From the human T2T-CHM13v2.0 reference genome, Homo sapiens, in assembly GCF_009914755.1 (NCBI RefSeq), contig NC_060944.1: DNA of 64,000 nucleotides, one strand, 5' to 3'. The notes below the pieces were generated by a model. The model was not told the DNA's origin. It saw only the letters and a program-made list of their open reading frames with translations, and searched no databases. Within the stretch, counting starts at the first letter, position 1; every line of letters starts with the position of its first letter. Position numbers and translations under genes: made by a program. Positions 54,415 through 64,000 of the stretch are shown in pieces.

Positions 54415-56416
54415 GGTAGAAAGTGGCCTCCGGGCCTCACGATGATGAGCCCGGCATCCCAGTCTTGAGGATGGGCCCAGCAGGGCGGGTGACGGGTAAT
54501 GTGGGAGGGAGAGAGCAGCGCGGGGCGGTGGGAGGGGGGCGGTGGGGTGGCGAACTGGACATCCCATCCACCCACACGACACAACACCCCGTGACGGGCT
54601 CATCACTCCCGACCCTTCGAGCCCACCTGCCAGGAGACAGACCTCCCGACCAGTGTGTGGCAGCCGCAAGGGACCGGCGGCCACTAGCACGTGGCGGGCG
54701 CGGGGCGGCCTCGACGTTTGGGCAGCGAAGGAGAGGTGGACCGCGGTGCCTGGGGTCTCATCGTCAGCGGCCTCCAAGCACGAAGGTGGCCCCGCGCGGT
54801 ACCTGGGGCGGCCGACTGGCCTTTGGCGGGCCCGCGGCTCCCCCACTGCCGCTGCAGTCGCGGCCAGCCCACGGAACCCTCTTCCCTGCCCCCGCTGCAG
54901 GCCGACTCCAAACCCTCCGGGCGCCCACCAGGCCCACGCGGGGCGCCGCCGACCTGGTCCTGAAGGCGCGCGCCCGGGGACAGGTACAACGGGCCAACCA
55001 GTGGCCGGCGGCGGCGCCCCACAAGGCAGAGCCGGGTTTAGTCCCAGACGGGGCCACCGCAGCCTAAGCCGGTGAGCCACTCGGGGAGAGAGGATCCGCG
55101 GGCGGGGTAGGCTGCACAGACAGGCAAGGCCAGGGATCGCGAGGGCAAGGGCACCCGGGAGCCCGCAGAGGGGCGGCTCGGGGAGAAACCTCAGGCACGG
55201 CTGGGCCACCAGGAAAACACGGCCATGGGATCTCACCACCACAGACACGAGGGAGGTCCCGCGGCGCTCCGCCTGGGATGCCGGACGGCCCTCGGCACCC
55301 ACGGAGACCCGCCTCTCGAGCCCTAGTTCCCGCCATCGGGACCCCGAAGCGACCTCAGCCACAAACCCAATGCCAGGGCCACGTTGCTCGTTTCTTGTCC
55401 ATCCTCCAACCTGGTCAAGCCCCCCACTTGGGATGCTTCCCAGGGCCAGGTGGCCCAAACCCGTTCCATGCAAACGCGGTCGTCGGCCCCGGTCGCTGGT
55501 CCCCACGGGAGCGGGCAGAGAGCCGTCTCACAGCAGAGCAGGTCATGTGCCGGATGGAATGCCGGGCACAGCCACCGCTCGCGCAGACTTCCAAGCGCTA
55601 GGACGCCGGCCCGTCCCGGCGGGATTCTCCCCCGACTCGGAAGGGGGAGGCACGGGCCACACGGTAGGCAATGAGCCACCCTCGGTCCCCACCGCGGAGG
55701 CCGGTGGAACCCTCGCTCTCCCCCACTCACCCCGTCGAGGGGGAAGTGGAGGAGGGTCCTCTCCAAGCGAGTTGCTATGGCAGCGCTATCATAAAGCAGA
55801 GAGAAGTGGCAGGCCGGAGAATCTGGTACCCCAAAGGCACACCTCTCGGATCGCTAGAAAAGGCTTTCTCACCAAGGGTGGGTCACATTCCCTACCCGCC
55901 AGTCGCCCCTCCTCGGGCCCGCAGAGGCGCTCAGGGATGCCTGGGGAAGGGAGGGGGCCCGCGGTACCAGGAAAAATCTGCTTGCGGCAACCTTGAGCCT
56001 TCGTGGTCTGGGCGGGGGGCCTGGCCACTGCACGTGGGCGCAATCCCCCAAGAGCTCCCCCGTCCACCAGCCTCCTTTCTCCCAGGCAAAGCACCTCCAA
56101 GTAAACCCACACACAACCTGTCGGAGGCAGAACAGTAGCCCCTCGGTGGCCGGCCGGTGCACGCGTCACCTGCCCAAGCCCACCTCGATCGCTCACACGG
56201 CCCGCACGCACCCGCCAGAGGGGAGCACGGGACCTGCACTCGCCAGACCAGGCGGCACCCTTCCCCACGTGGGGGGGACGCATCTCAAACGCCTCGACCC
56301 CCACACCAACGAGCTCCCTCAGGACGCACTTGCGAACACTGTGGCGGCGACCGGAGGAGGGGGCGCGGGGGGTGGAAACCACACACCACCGCTCGGCCTC
56401 GGGCACTTGAGGGATA
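54415..56416 (-). pseudogene. rDNA 5'ETS relic (~2 kb; 5' end missing, probable internal deletion)
   Basis: Very GC/CpG-rich; recognisable 5'ETS motifs on the minus strand (gagaaagccttttctagcgatc, gagggagctcgttggtgtgggg, miR-663-type hairpin); much shorter than the ~3.6 kb canonical human 5'ETS. Confidence 0.88.
55185..55299 (-). ncRNA. miR-663-family hairpin paralogue within the 5'ETS relic (expression unknown)
   Basis: Minus strand contains AGGCGGAGCGCCGCGGGACCTC (miR-663a-like, 55253-55274) and GGTGGCCCAGCCGTGCCTGAGG (miR-663b-like, 55189-55210); identical to neither as I recall them. Confidence 0.7.
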
Positions 56417-56438
56417 AGCTGGGGGGGGAAGGGGGGGA

Positions 56439-56565
56439 GCTGGGCGAGGTAGGCTCAAGCCTGTCATCCCCGCACTTTGGGAGGCAAGGGAAGGTGGATC
56501 CCTCGATCCGAGCCTTGGCAACATGGTGAAACCTCGTCTCTAAAAAAATACAAAAAGTAACTGGC
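56439..56565 (+). mobile_element. Alu left-monomer fragment
   Basis: gctgggcgaggtaggctcaagcctgtcatccccgcactttgggagg...caacatggtgaaacctcgtctctaaaaaaatacaaaaa. Confidence 0.85.
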
Positions 56566-56603
56566 TTCATAACCTGGACACAAAGTTAATAAATAGATAA
56601 ATA

Positions 56604-57262
<659 letters not shown>

Positions 57263-57336
57263 TTATTTTTACTTCCTACCCTGAGAAGAACATAATACAG
57301 CTGTTGTCTGTCTGCCTGCCTACCTGCCGGCCTGTG

Positions 57337-57502
57337 ACAGGGCCTCACTCTGTCTTTCGCCCAGACTGGAGTGAGGTGAAACCATTATGGCTCACTCACT
57401 GCAGCCTCAACCTCCCCAGGGTTAGATGATTCCTCAAGGGATCCTACGGTCTCGGCCTCCCAAAGTGTCGGGATTACAGACGTGAGCCACCAGCACCCGG
57501 CC
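57337..57502 (-). mobile_element. Old Alu monomer/fragment (FLAM/AluJ-like)
   Basis: cagggcctcactctgtc...ctcactgcagcctcaacctcc...ctcggcctcccaaagtg..gggattacagacgtgagccacc..cccggcc. Confidence 0.85.
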
Positions 57503-58068
57503 TGAGTTAATACATCTGGTCCCTCTACATCTTAACCACACACCCATGAATAACTCAAGTCAAGAGAGAGTTGGTAAGAGACTCTCAGCATTCTCTCCCG
57601 AAAGCAGTGAGGTGGATGGCGGCCGGGTGTCCCGAGCTCCTGGGGTTTTAGGTGACCATGCGTAGAGGAGAGATTTCCAGTGTTTCCAGAGAGGTGTGAG
57701 CCACAGTCATTGGGGCATCTGAGCACGAGATGGGGTTTCTGACAGCGACTTAAGGGCCAGGAAGGGCCAGAATCTGTCAAGGTCCGTGTCCCAGGGTGGG
57801 GCTGATGGAACCCAAGGTAGAGGGAATCAGCAGTCTGCACAGAGAGAGCTCCAGCCCCAGGCCCCACTGTGCAGACCCAATCATAAGGAAGAGAGTCCTT
57901 TGTCCTACATGCCACATCCCTCCACTGAACTTGGGAGCGGATCCATTTTCCAAATATTAGGTGATTCTCAGTTTGCAATGGATCACATGGGGCTGGGCTT
58001 CCCAGAGTCGGCAGGGTAAATAAGTCATTCTGGCTCGGCCTCCCCCATCCCCTTGTAACTGGTGAGGG

Positions 58069-58716
58069 TTTTTTTTATTTTTATTTTTTAATTATTTTTA
58101 TACTTTAAGTTTTAGGGGACAGGTGCACAATGTGCAGGTTAGTTACATATGTATACATGTGCCATGCTGGTGCGCTGCACCCATTAACTCGTCATCTAGC
58201 ATTACGTATATCTCCTAATGCTATCCCTCCCCCCTCCCCCACTCCACAAGTGCCCAGAGTGAGTGTGATGTTTCCCTTCCTGTGTCCATGTGCTCTCATT
58301 GTTCAATTCCCACCTAAGAGTGAGAATATGCGGTGTTTGGTTTTTTAACCTTGTGATAGTTTACTGAGAATGATGATTTCCAATTTCATCCATGGGCCTA
58401 CAAACGACATGAACTCATCATTTTTTATGGCTGCATAGTATTCCATGGTGTATATGTGCCACATTTTCTTAATCCAGTCTATCATTGTTGGACATTTGGG
58501 TTGGTTCCAAGTCTTTGCTATTGTGAATAGTGCCACAATAAACATACATGTGCATGTGTCTTTATAGCAGCATGATTTAGAGTCCTTTAGGTACATACCC
58601 AGTAATGGGATGGCTGGGTCAATGGTATTTCTAGTTCTAGTTCTAGATCCCTTTGCCATCCCCATCAAGCTACCAGTGACTTTCTTCACAGAATTGGAAA
58701 AAGCTACGTTAAAGTT
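58069..58716 (-). mobile_element. 5'-inverted truncated LINE-1 (L1PA2/PA3-type) inserted in the IGS relic
   Basis: 58069-58652 is the antisense tail, 3'UTR and ORF2 end. 58654-58716 is a plus-strand ORF2 piece (AIPIKLPVTFFTELEK). TSD is at most ~4 bp (gttt). Confidence 0.93.
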
Positions 58717-59142
58717 TAGGCCTCCTAGCCAAAAAGCCAAAGCCACTTCTGGGATTTTTTTCAAAGAGCCAGTGGTTCCACAATGGGCTGTGGGTAGTTG
58801 TGGAAATGGAAAGAAGTGTTTGCAGATACATATTTGAGACAGAAGGGACAGGGCTCGGTCACAGGTCATGTAGGACACGAGCAGAGGCACATTGAGAAAA
58901 CCCTCCCAGCATCCTAGGTGAACAGAGGTATGCCTTTTTGAGACAGTCGAGGGAGACACAACCCCAGATTTTAGGGTTGGATCTTTATTAATATGTAGTA
59001 TCTATGAGGTATCCAAGTCCAGAAATCAACTCACCAGTTCTTTACAGCATTCTGTAGGGAGATCATATCTGGGATGTCTAAAGTTAAGAATTCAGGCCGT
59101 GGTAATGGATTAGATTAGATGTACTTGAACTTATTTTGCAAA

Positions 59143-60355
59143 GAAAGAGAGGGTGGGAGATAGCGAGAGCCAGAGAGCAAGCGAGAGAGACAGAGACAGA
59201 GACACAGAGAGACAGACAGAGAGACACAAAGATACACAAAGAGAGAAAGACAGAAAGAGAGAGACAGACAGATAAAGACACAGAGAAAGACAGAGATGGA
59301 CAGAGAGAGAAACAGAAAGAAAGATAGAGACAGAAAGAGAGAGAGACAGACAGAGAGAGAGAGACAGACAGACAGGAAGACCGACAGGCAGAGAAAGAGA
59401 GTAAGACAGAAGGCAGACACACACACACAAAGAAAGAGAGAAAGAGACAGATGGAGAAACAGTGAGAAAGAGAGAGACAGACAGAGAGAAAGAGACAGAG
59501 AGAGAAAGACAGAGACAGACAGAGGGAGAGAGAGAGAAACAGACAGAAAGAGAGAGAGACAGATGGAGACAGAGAAAGAAACAGACAAGGAGAGAGAGAG
59601 ACAGACAGACAGACAGGCAGAGAAAGACAGTAAGACAGAAGACAGACAGAGAGAGAGAGAGAGAGAGAGACAGGCAGAGAGAGAGACAGAGACAGAGAAA
59701 CAGACAGGCAAAGAGAGAGAGAGAAAAAAAAACAGACAGACAGAGAGAGAGAGAGACAAACAGAGAGACTGGGAGAGAGAGTGAGACAGAGAGACCGACA
59801 GACAGACAGACAGACAGACAGACAGAGAAAGAGAATAAGACAGAAGACAGACACAGTGAGAGAGACAGAGAGAGAGAGACAGAGACAGTGAGACAGAGAA
59901 AGAAAGAGAGTTACAGATAGACAGACAAAGAGACAGACAGAGAAAGACAGAGACGGACAGAGATAGAGAGAAACAAAGAGAGAGAGAGAGAGACAGGCAG
60001 AGAAAGAGAGTAAGACAGAAGACAGACACAGTGAGAGAGACAGGCAGAGACAGACAGAGACAGAGAGAAAGAAAGAGAGAGACAGACAGAGATGGAGAGA
60101 GAGAGACAGAGAGAAACAAACAGAAACAGAGACAGAGACAGAGAGAAACAGACAGACAGGGAGAGAGGGAGAGACAGTGACAGACAGATAGGCAGAGAGA
60201 GAGAGACAGACAGGCAGAGAAAGGGAGTAAGACAGAAGACAGACACAGTGAGAGAGACAGGCAGAGAGAGAGAGAGAGAGAAATAGGCAGAGAGATAGAG
60301 ACAGAGAGAGAGAGAGAAGACAGAGAAGAGACAGAGAGACAGAGAGAGGAGGAGG
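59143..60355. repeat. GA/GACA-rich polypurine tract
   Basis: (GA)n, (GACA)n and (GAGACA)n mosaic. Confidence 0.97.
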
Positions 60356-60433
60356 AAGGGCTTGCTCAGGAAATAATTACACATATTTTATAACGCTTTT
60401 GATCCCATAAACGGTGGCCCGGGTGTGCTTTGA

Positions 60434-60477
60434 AAACAACAACAACAACAACAACAGCAACAAGAGCAGCAGCAGCA
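60434..60477. repeat. (AAC)n(AGC)n compound microsatellite
   Basis: aacaacaacaacaacaacaacagcaacaagagcagcagcagc. Confidence 0.9.
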
Positions 60478-61602
60478 TTTGCTTACGGATTTCTAGAAAA
60501 TAAGATGTTCTGAAGTATAGTAAATATTAACCGGCTCTCACTACACGTTGAGAGATTCACAAAAGCGCTAGTTAACAACAGGAGAAAACAGCAACTAACA
60601 TGTCTTGGGGAAAATATACGTCTTCCTGAAAACTGGGGATTTCTACTTCACCTGAAAAGAAATACATACTAAAAAGGAAAAACAAGAACAAAACAAAACA
60701 AAACCACAAACACGGGCCAAGGCACCGTCCCTGGAAATCTTAAGTGAGCAAAGTATTAGTTGTCAGAAAGCGTTTCTATTTTGGGCAAATACTAAGAAGG
60801 CCCAGACTAGAGCTGTGACGCCGTTCCCATTGTGAAACTATGCTGGCCAGAGGGCGAGAAACTAAAACATCATGATAAAATGTGATTGAGACCCAGCCAG
60901 GGTGAAGCTTTCCTAGGGAGGGAGGCCTGAGGAAGGAAGCTGGGGAAAACCCCAGAACTTCAGACCCGCCCGCTTGCCCACGCGGGTCAAGGGCTATGCC
61001 ATCGGTCCAAGCTGTCTCTGGGGAAGTGGGACCATGCCACCCCCATCTTCAAAAACGGTGGCCACTGAGTGAGGCCTGACGCCCACCGTTGCAAATGTCA
61101 GCCTGGCAAGAATGAGATCGCCGGCAAGGGGTGTTAGAAGGGGAGAGAAGAGGGAGGCGCACCGGGGTGGCTCCGGGTTTCCAAGCAGGGTGTTGGGAGG
61201 CGGGGAGTGGGGGGTTTGGGGGGAACCCACCTAACTGATTCACTAAATGAAGGTAAAGGGACCTGGGGAGGGGGGATCCGGGGGGGCAACTTGAAAATTA
61301 AACTGACCTCTCCTAAAACCCAAGTGGAAGAGTCAATGCGCATGAAAGAAACCAACACACGAAGAAAACTAAAGCGCTGATCAAAGAACAATAGGGCCCC
61401 CGCCAGGGCGGAGGTTCCCTAGGCAACGGAGGGAGAGAGGGAGGGGCCTCCAGAAGGGAGAGATAGAAACCCGTTGCCCCAGGCTTGGTGAAGTCAGCAA
61501 GACTTCCCTCCGTGTCACCTCGACTTTCAATAGCAGTGGCTGCTAGGTGATGCCCGAAGACAACCGATGCCTGCAAGTGTCAGTCAGCACGGAAAAGAAT
61601 GC

Positions 61603-61936
<334 letters not shown>

Positions 61937-62185
61937 TTAACCGTGTATTTTTAAGTCGAGGAGCTTATCAGGGAAATACGAGAAGTAGGGACGCCACACG
62001 TGACAGAGAGAAAAGTTTGAAAATGCACCTTCCATCCAAGTGGGCACCCGGCCTCGACCTCCTGAAATCATACACCGAGTGGCGAAGCCTAGCAAGGCCC
62101 ATCTGTCCAGATTCCTCTCGGCCTCTCTAAGCAGGCGCTTCTCACTTTCGTGGAAGGGGCAGGGCCCTCCCCGGCACAGGGGCTC

Positions 62186-62979
62186 TGACAGACTGACAGA
62201 GAAAGAGACAGACATAGAAAGACAGAGATGGACAGAGAGAAACAAACAGAGAGAGAGAGAGAGAGACAGAGACAGAGAGAGAAACAGGGAGGGAGAGAGA
62301 GAGAGACAGACAGACAGACACACAGAGACAAACAGAGAAACAGAGAGAAACAGAAAGAGAGAGAGACGGAGAGAGAGAGAGAAAGGGAGGGAGAGAGAGA
62401 GACAGACAGACAGGCAGAGAAAGAGAGTAAGACAGAAGATAGACACAGTGAGAGAAACAGGCAGAGAAAGAGAGAGACAGAGACAGAGAGAAAGAAAGAG
62501 ACAGAGAAAGACAGAGATGGACAGAGAGAAACAGAAAGAGAGAAAGAGAGAGAAACAGACAGACAGGGAGGGATAGAGACAGAGAGAGAGACAGACAGAC
62601 AGACAGAGAGACAGAGACAGACAAAGAGAAACAAAGAGAGAGATGGAGAGAGTGAGAGATAGAGAGAGAGAGAGAAACAGAAAGAGAGGGGGAGAGAGAC
62701 AGACAGGCAGAGAAGGAGAGTAAGACAGAAGACAGCCACAGTGAGAGAAACAGGCAGAGGGAGAGAGAGACAGAGACAGAGAGAAAGAAAAAGACAGACA
62801 GAGAAAGACAGACAGAGACGGACAGAGAGAAAAAGCAAAAGAAGAGACAGAGAGAGAGTGAGAGCGAGAGAGACAGAGGGAGAGAATCAGACAGGGAGAG
62901 AGAGAGAGACAGGCAGAGAAAGAGAGTAAGACAGAAGATAGACACAGAGAGAGAGAGAGAGAGAGAAAGATAGAGACAG
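62186..62979. repeat. GA/GACA-rich polypurine tract
   Basis: (GA)n/(GACA)n mosaic. Confidence 0.97.
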
Positions 62980-63275
62980 TCCTGGCGCGGTGGCTCACTC
63001 CTGTCATCCCAGCACTTTGGGAGGCCGAGGCGGGCGGATCACGAGGTCAGGAGATCGAGACCATCCTGGCTAACATGGTGAAATCCCGTCTCTACTAAAA
63101 ATACAAAAAATTAGCCTGACTTGGTGGTGGGCGCCTATAGTCCCAGCTACTCAGGAGGCTAAGGCAGGAGAATGGCGTGAACCTGGGAGGTGGAGCTTTC
63201 AGTGAGCCAAGATGGCGCCACTGCACACCAGCCTGGGCGACACAGTGAGACTACATCTGGAAAAAAAAAAAAAAA
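62980..63275 (+). mobile_element. Full-length AluY-like element inside the GA tract
   Basis: ggatcacgaggtcaggagatcgagaccatcctggctaac..gaatggcgtgaacc..ggagctt + A15; approximate TSD gaaaga(ta)gagaca. Confidence 0.92.
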
Positions 63276-63908
63276 GAAAGAGAGAGACAGACAGACAGAG
63301 GAAGAGACAGACAGAGACAGACAGAGAGAAACAAACACAGAGAGAGAGAGAGAGAGAGAGAGAAACAGAAAGGCAGGGAAGGAGAGAGAGAGACAGGCAG
63401 AGGAAGAGAATAAGGCAGAAGACAGACACAGTGAGAGAGACAGGCAGAGAGAGACAGACAGAGACAGAGAGAAAGAGAGACAGACAGAGATGGAGAGAGA
63501 GACAGAGAGAAACAGACAGAAAGAGAGAGAGACAGAGAGAGAGTGAGAGTGAGAGAGAGAGGGACAGAAAGGGAGGGAGAGGGACAGACAGAGAGAGAGA
63601 CAGATGGGTAGAGAAAGAGAGTAAGACAGAAGATAGACATAGAGAGAGAGACAGAGAGAGAGAGTGAGAGAGAGAGAGAGAGACTCAGAAAAAGAAATAG
63701 AGAGACAGAGAGAGAGAAACAGAGAGGGAGGGAGAGATAGAGAGACAGACAGGCAGAGAAAGAGAGTTAGAAGACAGACACCATGAGACAGGCAGAGAGA
63801 GAGAGACAGAGACAGAGATAAAGAAAGAGACAGACAGACAGAGAAAGAGACAGATAGAGAAAGACAGAGACGGACAGAGAGAGACAGAGATAAACAGACA
63901 GAGAGAAG
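63276..63908. repeat. GA/GACA-rich polypurine tract
   Basis: Continuation of the tract after the Alu. Confidence 0.97.
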
Positions 63909-63934
63909 ATCCTAGCCCAGTAGCAATACAGTGC

Positions 63935-64000
63935 TTTTTCTTTCATTTTCTCTTTCTTTTCTTTTCTTTTCTTTTCTTTTCTTTTCTTTTCTTTTCTTTT
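63935..64000. repeat. (CTTTT)n simple repeat, running off the window end
   Basis: cttttcttttcttttc... Confidence 0.92.

Noticed and set aside
50483-56570. Long overlapping ORFs, up to 416 aa (54256-55506)
   Set aside because: Stop-poor GC-rich rDNA spacer sequence open in many frames; no recognisable domains

Overview
Primate (human or great-ape-like) pericentromeric DNA with no intact protein-coding gene. Positions 1-48613 are diverged monomeric 171-bp alpha satellite. The monomers I read carry A-box motifs and I saw no CENP-B box. An ~18 kb block (7877-26027) runs opposite to its flanks. The array is interrupted by three 5'-truncated L1PA2/PA3-type elements and a half AluY. Much of the first 5 kb is an old diverged duplicate of 39480-47090. 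A ~1.9 kb AT-rich non-satellite piece (48614-50499, MIR and old L1M relics) joins the satellite to a dispersed, decayed 45S rDNA unit on the minus strand. That unit comprises partial ITS2, a 5.8S pseudogene, ITS1, an 18S pseudogene and a shortened 5'ETS with a miR-663-type hairpin. The ETS is fused directly to mid-intergenic-spacer sequence (Alus, a 5'-inverted L1, GA-rich repeats); 28S and the Pol I promoter are missing. I cannot support a new biological system here. The best leads are structural: an L1 at the inversion breakpoint, phase-locked retrotransposon insertion sites, templated-repair hairpins, relict higher-order alphoid duplications and the promoterless rDNA relic. Comparisons to consensus or reference sequences are from memory, not computed.
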